Assembly: GCF_018350175.1 (NCBI RefSeq)
Contig: NC_058368.1
Span: 183,212,001-183,276,000 of the forward strand
DNA: 64,000 nucleotides
Source: Felis catus
Taxonomy: Eukaryota
Reading direction: 5' to 3'
Below the pieces are notes generated by a model. That model saw nothing but the letters and a program-made list of their open reading frames with translations, made no database searches and was not told where the DNA came from. This document shows, one piece after another, positions 1 through 12,410 of this stretch; within the stretch, counting starts at the first letter, position 1, and each line of letters opens with the position of its first letter. The translations under genes and the position numbers were made by a program.

Positions 1-24
1 TAAGCGTGTGGGGGGTAAGGAGAG

Positions 25-258
25 AGGCAAAGGAGAAAACACATTCAACTGCAGAGAACAAACTGGGAGTTACTGGAGGAGAGGTGGGTGGAAGGATGGG
101 TTAAATGGGTGATGGGTATTAAGGACGGCACTTCTTATGAGCACTGGATGTTACATGTAAGTGATGAGTCACGAAATTATACACCTGCAACTATATTGCA
201 CTGTATGTTAGCTAACTAGCATTTAAATAAAAACTTGAAAAAGACAAAAGAAAGAAAT
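25..258 (+). mobile_element. LINE-1 3' UTR fragment, older carnivore-type L1
   Basis: gcagagaacaaactg...gggtgatgggtattaagga.ggcact...tgagcactgga resembles the 3' UTRs of the L1s at 30405-30500 and 47070-47170; ends aataaaaacttgaaaaag, A-rich. Confidence 0.85.
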
Positions 259-1489
259 AGATGGCCTAAAACAAGAATGGGAAGTGAGTGAATATGTGCT
301 TTAAAGCAACATCAGTAACTATATAGGTTACAGAAACATTTAATTTCTCTTCCTCGACTGATAAGAAAGATCCTTAAAATCCTATCGAGCCAGAGATTTA
401 AAAATCCCCCAACTATTTTACCTCTGAACTATGTTATTTTTAATATAGTTTACTTCTACTTTTCTAGACTATGATAAAGAAAATTCAATCAATTTATATG
501 GATGTTCTTATTGCTGTCTATAGTACTGTATAGACAGTACTTGCATTCTTTTATTCCCAAATGCTTGTTATAAATAATGAATTAACTCAACAAATATGAG
601 CCCACATGCTTTCAACTTAAAATTACCATGGCATATCTGCAGAAAATGGCAGCAATAATCATATTTATTTTAAATGAAAAGTTGCTAAAAGTATATTTAA
701 TGTTTTTCCCCCCATAACATCTGGATGAACACACAGAATTAAACTTCAGGAATTGATAATTATATAGAGAGACCCTCTAATAAGTACAAAAACATCAAAA
801 GCAGCTCCATCTGAAGATATAAAAGTTACACTATAACCAAGTGTGATAACAAATTATCCTAATTATTTAGTGAAAGAACAAGTGTAAGCAATATAACAAA
901 GGTTCTTTAATGTAGGTATATGAATTCAAAAGGCAGTTCTGTAAGTGAAAGAAATTCTTTGTGACGGTATGAAATATATTGTTCTGAGTGTTTTCATGAT
1001 TGGTGTAAGATGAATCTTCTTAAATGAATTATGGTGGCATCTTTGTGCTTTTTTTTCTTTTATGGAAATATTAGAATATCATTATTATATTATGCTTCAG
1101 TTGTTTACATGTTATCCAAACATTTCCCTGTCAGCATTTTACAAATTACCAGAAGGTAAGCTTAATTTATGCATTGAAGTACAATGGAGAAGCAAATGTA
1201 TTTCTATTCATGTAAGTGAGTTAGTTGATTGGCATATTTCCTGTGCTGTATGGATGTCCTATGATCATGTGTGGCTAACCTCACAAACTTTGAATGAAAT
1301 CTAATTTGTTTGCAACTTTACAAGATTTCTAAACAAAAAAAATCTCTGGAAATAACTGCATAGACAGTGGGATTTTAGTGATTTATTTTCTTCATTATAT
1401 AAACTAGATTAACTAGTTTTAAACATCTCTCCATTCCTGCCATATTTCATATATTATTCCTCCTTCTGCATGACATACAAATATAATGA

Positions 1490-2110
1490 AAATTAAAAAT
1501 CTGGCACTGGAGCTCTCCAAATTGTCCAAAGTTTGTGCACAATCTCTGCCATTTGGTTTTAGCTACACTGGCTATCAATTCTTAAAATATCTTAATTTTT
1601 CCCAAATTAGGCATATTCACGTTCTGTAGGAAAGACTCCTTCTACATCTGGTTTTCTTTGTTTTTTTTTTTTTAAGTTTATTCACTTATTTTGAGAAAGA
1701 CAGAGAAAGACCACAAGTGGGGGAGGGGCAGAGAGAGGGAGAATTCACAAGCCAGGACATCATGACCTGAGCCAAAACCAATAGTCGGACCCTTAACAGA
1801 CTGAGCCACCCAGAGCCCCTATATCTGAGTCTTCTTTACCGTTCATGTCCCAATAGCTTAAAGTTTATTTTCTGAGAGTTCTCCTTACCATTTAAATAAA
1901 TCCTCCGCTTCCAATTTTGATCACATCACCACATTTATTTCCTTCCTGATGTTTTTCACAATCTGCAACGATCATTTTCATGTTTCTATTTTCTGATCCA
2001 CTCTCCCAGCCCCACCAACTCAAACATAAGCTACAGGAGGGCAGGGGCTTTTCTTGACAGGTTCTTCTGAGTCAGAAGTAGAATGGCAAATACTTGTTTA
2101 ACGAATAAAG
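1490..2110 (+). mobile_element. Degraded L2 3' region, interrupted by a SINE
   Basis: L2-like motifs (agctacactggc, aacataagctacaggagggcagggg) and terminal caaatacttgtttaacgaataaa. Confidence 0.55.
1661..1819 (-). mobile_element. CanSINE (SINEC_Fc-like) with internal deletion
   Basis: Reverse strand reads ggggctctgggtggctcagtctgttaag; (ga)-rich tract and poly-T tail; degenerate TSD tacatctggttttcttt / tatatctgagtcttcttt; middle portion missing relative to other copies. Confidence 0.9.
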
Positions 2111-3671
2111 AAAGTTGTACAAATGATCTCCCTGTAACTAAGGTCTTCTGAATTGATACAATCATGCATACTCCACAGGTCATGTCCTCAATTGTTTTTC
2201 TAGTTTTAAGTCCAATTAAATGATAGATATTTTTTGAACTGTAAGTAAAAAGAGTGACAGTCACGTCAGAATCGACTTTCTTAAAAAACTCAAGTATCGT
2301 AAAGATAGAATGAGTAAGGAATCGCTAAACTCCACATTTTATCGGTTGTTTTCTTTACAAATCTAATCTATCTTTTAACTATTTCACTTGTGTGCAAATG
2401 CAACACGTAGGTTTTAATCAAACTATTAAGAGAAATTCTAATGCAAGTTTATCTCATGACATGCTTTTTAGGAAAAACTGTTTTAAAAAAGGAAGAAAAA
2501 TGCCATTTTTTTTTTTACAAGTAATTAAAGGAATGGATCCAATCATGCCTTTTGAAATTCTCATTGTATGGAGAGGATAATTTATTTTTAGCTAAGAACT
2601 GAAGCTAATAACTTAGGGATCATCTTTTTTTTTAAGTGTTAGCAGTGACATGAATTTGAGTAAGCTTAAGTACATTATTAAATTTGTTCAACTAGGTAGC
2701 AAAAATGGATTTAAAAGTTAAGGAGGTAAAGAGCTCTTCATAAAAAGTCAAGATATGTATATACATGTATCCATCAAGGTAGGCATTTCAAGTCTTTTTT
2801 CAAGATATCTAAATATAAAATCCTGAGGTTAAAGATATGATCACTGGAAACTTCAGATATAAGAATTTATACACAAGATATATAAAAAGATAAGAAGAAG
2901 ATACAAGATATAAATTCAGGAGTTTTTCTTTTGCTTTTAAATTTATTAGACTTATTGTTGCAATCATGAGCCTGACACCAGACTGTCATAATAAATCTTT
3001 TGGGAAAACCTCTGTCCATTGGGATAATTGGGTTTGATTTTTGTCAGGACAGAAAAGAACATTTTCTTTATGCATATACAGAGTTGAAAGAGAAAAGGGA
3101 AAGAGAAGAAAATAAATGAGGGTAGATATATACAAATTTAGTTCATCCTTTCCTACTTGAAAAACCAAGCCCTCTATTTTTTCCTTCTAATTCCTAATAA
3201 GATCTCATTGAGCATGGTGTCTTACATGTTTCCCTCCATACTGAGATTTGTAGAGAATAATGAAAGATGAAGAAAGAAATCAATGTTTTTGTATACTCTC
3301 TTTTGGTTATTCCTCCAAGTAACAGGGTAAATAGTTTTAGGAATACATAAACAGGTTCATTGATCTGCTTTGTACATAAAAAAGAAAAAAATAATAATTG
3401 ATTTAGTGGCTGGTGTCCCTAGGTCCTAAGCATTTTTTTTTCAATTAAGAAAATAAAATATTCAAGGACAAATCATCTGTCACCCTCTCTAGCTCCATAC
3501 ACCTCCCTCTAATCCTTTCTTTTTAATCCTCATTCCTCTTCCCCTCCTAGCACTGATTGTAGGATGTGGCCCACTGGAGAGTAAAATTAAAACAAAAAAG
3601 CAAAATAGAAAGTCATAAAAATGCATTTAATGGTTTTTTGCTTAAAATAAAATGCATGGTTAATTATAAGA

Positions 3672-3695
3672 CAAACAAACAAACAAACAAACAAA
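3672..3695. repeat. (CAAA)n microsatellite
   Basis: caaacaaacaaacaaacaaacaaa. Confidence 0.9.
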
Positions 3696-6249
3696 AGTCT
3701 TTTCTGGGCTCTTAAAATTTACAATTGCTGCATGGTTTTAAGCCTCAATTAAATGAGGAGGCTTGTTAGGCACATATGACTTTAATTATGTGAGAGGTCC
3801 CAATATTCTTTCTACATTTCGTAAGAAAATTGCAGCAGCATTTTATTTAATCTATTTTATTAAAAATATTGAATGATATTTTTTAAAGCTTACTGTATTC
3901 TTTTTCATTTTGTCTTTTAGCTTTGTTCAATTATAAATAGGTCTCTAAGTATCCTTTAATATGAAGAAAAACCTTACTAATAAAATTGCAATTTAGATAA
4001 ATTTCTTAGACTGGATAGTAAAAATGGTACCAATCACGGGGCGTATAAAGCAAGCATTCAAAACATTCTAGCCTTACAGCAATGAAAGCTGTTATATCCA
4101 CTAATAAAGAAAAATACATAATCACAGGGAAAAATCACAAATCCAAAATGGCAATGCCATGTCAGGAAGTTCCAGGACTAAGTATGAGTTTACATAGGAG
4201 AGCATTAAAGTTAAAGGTTAAACAACAAGACTAGTCAGAAAATTTGGACATTTGCTTATAACTTGTCAGGGCAAAGTGAAGTTTAATAATATGTATCCTT
4301 TTTTTCACTTGGTTCTTGAAATTAAAGCAGGTTGAGAAGAGCAGATCTGGGATATAAACAAACACTTGAGAAGCATGCAAATGAATAAGGCCAAATAGTG
4401 TACGAAATATTTTCCTACCCAAGGAAAACAAGAGTCCCAATGCAATTAAAATAGCAATTACTCCTTCGATCACTGTCAGGCAAAGCAACAGGGAGTGGCA
4501 GAGACCACGGCTAACTAGAGAGCACCTGCCCAGACCTATTTCTTCCACAGGCCCACCTTATATTCACCGCCTGAAACGTGGGGCCAATAGGACTAAATCT
4601 TTGAATTTCTCAGGAGTTATAAATCTGGATTCGTATGTGAAAAACCCTTGATCATAAGCTCAATGTTTGCTCAATTCCAGAAACAATATTTTTGTTGACA
4701 AAACATGTCTACCGCAGATTTGAGAGAAAGAGCAAAGAAAAAGAAAATACATTTTACTTTCAACCATAGAGTTTTAGTTTGGAGGGTTCTATGGTATTTA
4801 TTTCAGTCCCAGTGTTTGTGAAGAAATCAAGTTGTGAATAGATAATATACAGAATTATTTCATGCTAATAAATTTAAAAATCAATTTTTTAATGTTTAAT
4901 ATAATCTCTTTATAAATGCACCACAATTTATTTATTCAATCTCTAAGTGATGGATAGACATGTGCACTAATTCCAGTATTTTATTAACAGAAAATATTGT
5001 AAATGAAAAACTCTAATAATATAACTTATATTTACCTGTTTATTTTTTATCGTGATTATATAATATCAGATAATCTAATTTTAATACATTTGATACTTTA
5101 AAAGTGCCATTGTTGGTGTGTATTCCTTTAATTATTAGCAAATTTTAGCACCATTTTGTGTTTATTCTGGTTTAAGTATCCTCTTTTATAGGCAAGTTAA
5201 GCTATAAGTTTTATGATTGGATAAATTAAATATTCTTTAAATGGTAGGTAATTTTATTTACTCAAGTTATTAACTTTTTACTAGAAAAGTATGGACTTTT
5301 TTTTTTTTACAATTTTTCATCTGTTAAATCTTTTTTATCATTCATTTTGTGTAAATACATTTAAATTTAGACATTATAAAATATGTCAACTTTGTATGTT
5401 TTCTAGATTTGATACCATTCTTAAAAACTTTAAGAACTCAAGGTTACGTTTTTATAACATAAATTCTTAAAAAAAAAAAAAAGGTGGACAAACATTTGAC
5501 CATGCCATAGCTATATGCATTGGTTCAGTAACAACTCATACTTTGCCACTAAACATCTGCCGCTTAATCTAAAGGCATATAAGATTCGAGGAATCAAAGT
5601 ATTATCACAAAGTACAAAATGGAAAAAAGAATCTCCATAACACATTAGCACCAGTGTATTGATAAGCATCACGCTTTATTCTCTCCAATTTCAGATTAGA
5701 AGCTATACTAAAATTGTGAACCCGATTAACAAAATGATTTTATGAATCCTAAGTATACCTGTACATGTATTCTCTGTTTTGTACTGCATTATAAAACTAA
5801 CTCAAATTTGATATACATACAGACATCACATGCCATCGAATGTTTTTGAGCACTTAAGAAGTTCTCACACACATTATATTATCAGAGCCCTCAACTGATT
5901 TAGGAGACAAACTAAACCAAAGTCACATTTTTGAGATGAGTATCATATTGAAATTGATGTAAAGGTTTGAAAAAATAGAAGTTAAATTTACCTTTCCTGA
6001 AGAAGAGGGTACTCTCCATGGGTACAGGAAAGGAACAAAAAGACCAAAACCCAAAACAAACACAAACACGTTTGTTGTCTTCCAGGAGTACACTGACTCT
6101 TATTAATATATTATTGTGTCAAATCTTGAAAGATAAATTGGCAATTTCACATTTATACCAGGACCATATTGACAGAATTCAATCTAAAAACATTTATATA
6201 GTTCTAACAATTTATATTCATTTTAATTTTTTTTATGTTTATAGAGACG

Positions 6250-6329
6250 TAGCAAACCTTCTACCACTTAAAGATCCTCTTTTTTTAGCAAACCTTCCAC
6301 CACTTAAAGATCCTCTTTTTTTTTTTTTT
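6250..6329. repeat. 36-bp tandem duplication ending in poly-T
   Basis: tagcaaaccttc(t/c)accacttaaagatcctcttttt twice, one mismatch. Confidence 0.95.
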
Positions 6330-8090
6330 GCTACAATTTTATGCTTTTGTTTCAAATTATCAATCAAATTTAGGTTAAATGTAATAACAAGTATTTTTTT
6401 TTCCTTTCTACTCCTCTTGGCTTATAGCACTTAACTTTCTTTCTCTGCCCCCTCCTGTGCGTTTTAAAAAATGAAAGTCCATATTCCCAGACTGAAATAT
6501 TTGTTCTCTTTAGTAAGATTCTTTCTGGCTTCAGGGAGAATAAATTTACAGAGACGTCCTGGGACTTTGAGACTCTAACGATACAAATTTTTACCTTGCA
6601 TATCCATTCTTGACTTTTCCTTCTATTTGAATAAACATCCCCTGAAGAGAATGCTGGCTTTGTGACTTACTTTATTGAATAAATTATGCAGTGCTTCTGT
6701 CTGGAACTCGTGTGAGTGATGCGAAATAAAGCAGAGGTAGCTGTTGGACATCATTTTAGCCCCTCTGTCTGATTGGCAGATCACAGGAAGGAAAAAATGT
6801 CCCATGAGCCCCTCTGTGAGGTCGTTACCAACTGATTGAGTATTCGTTTTAAATATCTGAAACCCAGGTGTGTTGTAGATTAGCACAACTTACAAGCACT
6901 GTGTGGAGATTTTTTATGATAATTGTTGCTTTTATTTTTTATTTCCCTGAACTCAAAGATAATTAATGTCAGTATGTGTCCTGGTATCTGACTCTCTTAA
7001 TTGGTCCTATGGTGCCTTGGGTGTTTGAAAATCCACTCACTTAAAGCCTTCTTCTTTTCCTTTTTTTTTTTTTTTTTTCTTTTGACTTGTTTTCCTGGAG
7101 CTGTTCTTTAGTGCCTAAAATATTTGATTACATTTAATTGTGATGTCTCCAATTTTGTGCACCTGCTGCAATTTACATGAGGGGAAAAAGGCTTGCAGAA
7201 GCAGAAAAAAAAAAAAAAAAAGTAAGAGGGGGAATTAAATTTTTAAAGAATTCCCCTGCACAGGGTAATTGGGGTTAAATATGGAAACAAAATAAACTTA
7301 ATAGGTAGTTAGATTTTTCTAACTACCATGGTTATACAAAAAAGGTTCTAAATCAAAACTGCTCTGTCATATATATACCCTTAACATATAGTTTCACACG
7401 TTTCTTCAAAGGTTTTTGGTTTCTGAGGGACACCCATATTTACTCTAAACTTAATACCTTTTATCAAAGAGCCCAGGGGGAGATAAGAAAGATAAGAAGA
7501 ATATATTGAATCAGAAGCCTAGTTAGAAGTGTTTTGTTTCTTATAAATTTTTTAATGAAACATACCACTGCTTTTTATTTCAGCAAATGTTGAAGCATTT
7601 TGTCACCAATTTCACTAATGGTTTTCTTTTATGGTATTGTTTCATGATAGTCAAAATGGCCAAAGTTTCCTGGAAGCATGCGAAGTACCTTTGTAAATGT
7701 CTTAAGTAACATATAAGGAACAAATTATATCCACAAAGAATTACAAGTTGCAAAGAATGATACTGACCTGAATATCAATTCCAACTAACCACACAATAAC
7801 TCAACAGAGGCAGAGGAAACAACGGGGTATATACTGCATTTTCAGTAGAAGAAATAAATCACCTTTCTCTCTCTCTCTTTTTTTTTTTTTTTTTTGTGAA
7901 ACCATTAGTTTCTTTTCCATTTAGTTTTAAGGAGCAGTGGAATCTAAATCTGCTTCACAACCATGCTTTCAGGGGAGAAAAAAGTTAGATCTAGTCCTTA
8001 CAGTCATAATGGCAATGATGCGCAATGGAGTTTCTATTTTAAATATGTCAAAACAGTTCACTGATTTACAATAGACATTCTTATTTATAA

Positions 8091-8295
8091 CTTTTTAATG
8101 TTTATTTTTGAGAGAGACAGAGACAGAGTGTGAGCAGGGGAAGGGCAGAGAGAGACAGAGACACCGAATCCCAAGCAAGCTCCAGGCTCTGAGCTGTCAG
8201 CACAGAGTCCAGCACTGGGCTTGAACCCACGAGCAGCGGTATCATGACCTGAGCCAAAGTCAGATGCTTAACTGACTGAGCCACCCATGGACCCC
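8091..8295 (-). mobile_element. CanSINE (SINEC_Fc-like)
   Basis: Full SINE body; perfect 19-bp TSD tagacattcttatttataa at 8072-8090 and 8296-8314. Confidence 0.97.
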
Positions 8296-9509
8296 TAGAC
8301 ATTCTTATTTATAAAATATTCTAAGGGTCAAGTAGGCAAAGTGGTACTCTGTCAAAGGACCAGCTCAAGTTTTTTACACTCAAAGAGATCTCTCTGTTTC
8401 ACAGTAACTTGAAATGTCTGCTTTGAAACTTGACTGCATTGGTGAATAAGAGTATGAAATACACCACCCCGTTCTATTATTTCCTATAATAATTTATTTC
8501 TTCATATTTTATTGATGTTAACATTTTTGTCCTGAAAATATTTGAAATTGCCTAAGCATGAGGGTAGTAAATAAAATGATTAGCACATGTGTAATATTTG
8601 TCATTTTCAAAATTCTTTCACATCTACTGCCTCAATTGATTTTCAGAACAATGCTGTGCCACAGACAATAATTCCCACAAATATAGGACTCCAGTTTGTT
8701 TTTTCACCATTGTTTCAGTAGGGTTTTATTATCTTATAATGGGCACTCAGGAGATATTTAATGAATTGTTGATGAGTGAATTAATGAATAAATGAATGAA
8801 GTTGTATCTCTACTTAATAGTTGCTCAATAAAATGTCAGCTCATTTAAGTGTATTTGGGACTTCTATCAGAACAATGTTCTTAGAATGTAAACCTAGTGA
8901 ATATACATCATAAGAGATGTGCTAGAGATAGGGGTGTGTTTGGCCAATGGTTTGACCAGAAGTCTATTTATGTGAGACTGTGGGACTGAGGGCCTTCATG
9001 AAAGTGGAATCTCTGAATTCACTTGAGATAGCAAGATTGGACAAGTACGAGCCAAGGAAAATGGTGACCACTGGTTGTTTAACAGATCTGTTACAGATAT
9101 GTTATGCAAGTTTCCCCCTCCCCCCCCCACACACAATTTGCACAACCATTTGCAATGACCCTAGTAAAATATGTTGCTTCATCCCATTCCCTATGGATAA
9201 TCCTTAGGATTCTACAATTCTACATTAAAGCACCAGTTTTGTTTTATAAGGGATTATAATTCAAATCCAATTGTTACAGCATAAGAGGACATAGGAAGCA
9301 GCAAAGGACTTCTGTGAAAAATAAGAAACAAGAAAAGCCCACTTTGACTTGGGCACCTAAACACATGGACAATATGTACCGAGTCAGTAAGGAGTTCCAG
9401 GACAAAGTGACTGAGAAACAAAGAAACATGAGCAGTTTCCTGGTACTTGAATCATTCTCCTCCACACACCTAAATTATTGTGATTAGAGCTGAACCAAAG
9501 AAATATTGT

Positions 9510-9533
9510 TTGCTTTGCTTTGCTTTGCTTTGC
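9510..9533. repeat. (GCTTT)n microsatellite
   Basis: tgctttgctttgctttgctttgct. Confidence 0.85.
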
Positions 9534-9589
9534 TGTATGGTCATTGCCATCCTACGTATCTAAAGGACCCCGGGTTACATATAGCCTCT

Positions 9590-9962
9590 GTCTAATCTTC
9601 CTTCTACAATCTCTGTCCTCCAGATAACACCAAGCATTGAATTTCTGGAAGATATCATGCCTCCTTCTACAACAGGGTTCACTCCATCCTCTGTGTCTCC
9701 TGAGTCATCTTTTAGAGGTCAGCTCAAGCCACTTCGTAAGGAAAACCTCCTTCCCTAAAAGATGCCTTAGTTCTGATTCCTTTGTTTTGTGTTCCAGAGT
9801 ATTTCATAACATGTTCTTGGTTTGTGTACACTTATTCACATTATTATTATTTTGTCTCTCCTACTTGACTGTGAGCTCCGTAAGTGGAGGTTATACATCT
9901 GTGCCTAGGTTTGCTCCTTACGCTAGAACCATATCTGAGGGTTGATTGAATGAAGCATGAAC
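9590..9962 (+). mobile_element. Degraded L2 3' region
   Basis: tgtctctcctacttgactgtgagctcc and terminal gttgattgaatgaagcatgaa, typical of L2. Confidence 0.6.
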
Positions 9963-11277
9963 ATACCTTTACACGAGTTTGTATCTTTATCACCTTTTAC
10001 CCAAGAAACCATCATTTAGAAGACAAGAGATAAATGTGTATAAATGTATACATATATACATATAATTTCCTTTATTTAAGTAATTTGTATTACCATACAC
10101 AATTGTGCTGGCTCTGTCTGGTTTGGATATGTCTACCAGTGGGCTCAGTGATACTTATATTTGCAATTAGAATGTTATGTTAATTAAACACAGTCATACT
10201 AAATATAAAACATAAAATTATGCAATAATGAAAGAAATACACAGGCACATATGTATCTTTGTGCTTCAACATCATGATGAACATTACTTTTAGTTTCTCT
10301 ATTAGTTAAAATACACACTTATACAGAATAATTAGTGGGCCAGTACCAAAGGTTTATAAGTAAATATTAGATAAGGAAACTTTGGGGATTATAGGGTAGA
10401 AGCTAGAAGTTTAGGTCCCGTTAGGGCAGAGCCTGAATAGGGATGATCACATTTGCTCCCGTCCCCTGACTTCCCTTCTAGACTCAAAAGTTCATAAGGT
10501 CATGGTACACATTCTCTCTTCTCCACCACAGTGCCTGGCACATATTAGATCCTCATAAATGTCTGTTACTATCTGATTCATTCACTACTTTTTCCAAGGA
10601 GGGGAACCAAGAGTAAACTCTTTAGATATTAAGTCACATGGCAACTATGTGTCAAAGGGAAAGTATTTCTGGACTATGTTGGATAGTGATTAATGATACA
10701 TATTGTTCTCAGGATAAAAGCAGGTGACAGTCTAACATCTAGGTTTTGTTGTCTTGCTTAACTCCCAGATTTTGAGGCCTCAACAACTCTAAAGTCTGTG
10801 GTCTTTGTGTTTATCTTCCTTCATCTCCAATATTTTTTCCTCCTTTCTCCCCTCTCTCTCTTCTTTTCTCCTATTTCCCCCTTCTCCTTCCTTAATGCTA
10901 GGGTGCTATTATTTTAATAAAAAATTCATTCTCCGGGTTGGTCATCTGAGCCCAAGTTATGGGTACTCAGACTTTTAGTATGGGTACTCAGTCAGGCTGA
11001 CTGAAACATGACGTGAGGAACAGATCTGGAAAGTAGCCAGTCGGATAAAGGCAATATTCTCCCTCTAGTCGATTGGATAGTCAAGAATCTGTAACAGGCC
11101 AGGGGCTCAATGAGGTCAATGAAACTGGCCCAATAGAGGGACACACATTATATGACAAAGGCCATTTGTCACAGTCATATAACTGCTCTTACTATGATAT
11201 GGACTCAACAAAACATTAGTCACTGATTCCAGAAAATTCCACCTGAACAAATTTGAAGATGTCATTTTTCATTATAG

Positions 11278-11361
11278 TTTTCCCTATCCTTTGGTATTTT
11301 GGTTTTCCCCTATCCTTTGGTATTTGGTATCCTTTCCCTATCCTTTGGTATTTTGGTTTTT
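11278..11361. repeat. Imperfect minisatellite, about 25-30 bp x3
   Basis: Three copies of ccctatcctttggtattt(t)ggt. Confidence 0.9.
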
Positions 11362-11427
11362 ATTTAGTTGATACTTGCTGAGTGTGTATTGCCTGGACTT
11401 AAAGTTGTGTGACATGATGTTCAAAGC

Positions 11428-11593
11428 CTTGGTATGCTAAGTGTGGTCTAAGGACCAGCAGCAAAGGTACCACCTGGGAGTCTGTTTGAAATGCAGACCC
11501 TCAGACTCCATCCCAGACCTGCTGAATCAGGTTTGCATGTTAACAAGATCCCCAAGTGATTTGTCCATACATTAAAAATTTGACAAATGCTCT
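11428..11593 (+). mobile_element. MER5A-family hAT-Charlie MITE
   Basis: aagtgtggtc..ggaccagcagca...cacctgggag...gaaatgcaga..ctcag...ccagacct.ctgaatcag...ttaacaagatcccca.gtgatt. Confidence 0.8.
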
Positions 11594-11614
11594 CAAAGAG
11601 CACTGATTGTGGAC

Positions 11615-11795
11615 TTCCACAGCCATGAAATTGAGGATACTTAATTCCTCTGAGTCTCAATTTATTTACCTGTAAAATGGAACTTATTTTTCCCCCCTCA
11701 GGATTATTGTAAGGATACAAAGAGATCATATAAGTGAAGAACAGCTTAGCATAATTCCTGGCACATATTGAGCCACAGTAAATGATGAAGCTACA
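11615..11795 (+). mobile_element. MIR SINE
   Basis: Core ctctgagtctcaatttatttacctgtaaaatgg...ggattattgtaaggat...cctggcacata. Confidence 0.75.
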
Positions 11796-11999
11796 TAATA
11801 AACATAGAGCTCAAGAGAACAAAAACATTTTAAAAGAAGCCATAAATTCTTCTTTCTGAAGCAATACATAGGATATGAAAATCTGAGAAAAAGTAACCTT
11901 GTTTTTGGCCTCTGATAGTATCCATTATAAGTTTTAGTAACAGGTAAAGATATTGAACAGTTTTGCATCAGCCATAAAGGAGGAGATGAGAAGTAACAT

Positions 12000-12145
12000 C
12001 AATTGAATGCTTTTACGATATCATCTCATTTAATTCTTCTAACAACCCAGTGAAGTAGGCAATACTAGAAGATGAGGTATTATACAGATGAGAAAGGCTT
12101 GAATATAATAAATTTAAATGACCTGCCTAAGATTGCATACTTCAT
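12000..12145 (-). mobile_element. MIR SINE
   Basis: atctcatttaattcttctaacaacccagtgaagtagg...tacagatgagaaa. Confidence 0.65.
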
Positions 12146-12353
12146 AAATAAACAGGGATAGGGCACAAAGCAATGATTACCAGTGAATAACTGTCTCCTT
12201 GCCCATTTCCCTTCACACAAAAACATCCATATATAGATGAAATGACTGAAATGTTATTTCTAGTGTTTTTTTCATGATGGACAGTGCCACAGAAAAATGG
12301 GAGGAATTTACCAAATGCTTCACATTACCTGCAAAAGATTATCTAGAAACTTT

Positions 12354-12357
<4 letters not shown>

Positions 12358-12403
<46 letters not shown>
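12358..12403. repeat. (TA)n microsatellite
   Basis: Pure TA run of about 45 bp. Confidence 0.97.

Positions 12404-12410
<7 letters not shown>

Noticed and set aside
6250..11361. Short direct repeats considered as CRISPR-like arrays
   Set aside because: Only 2-3 adjacent units, no unique spacers, no cas genes, mammalian context
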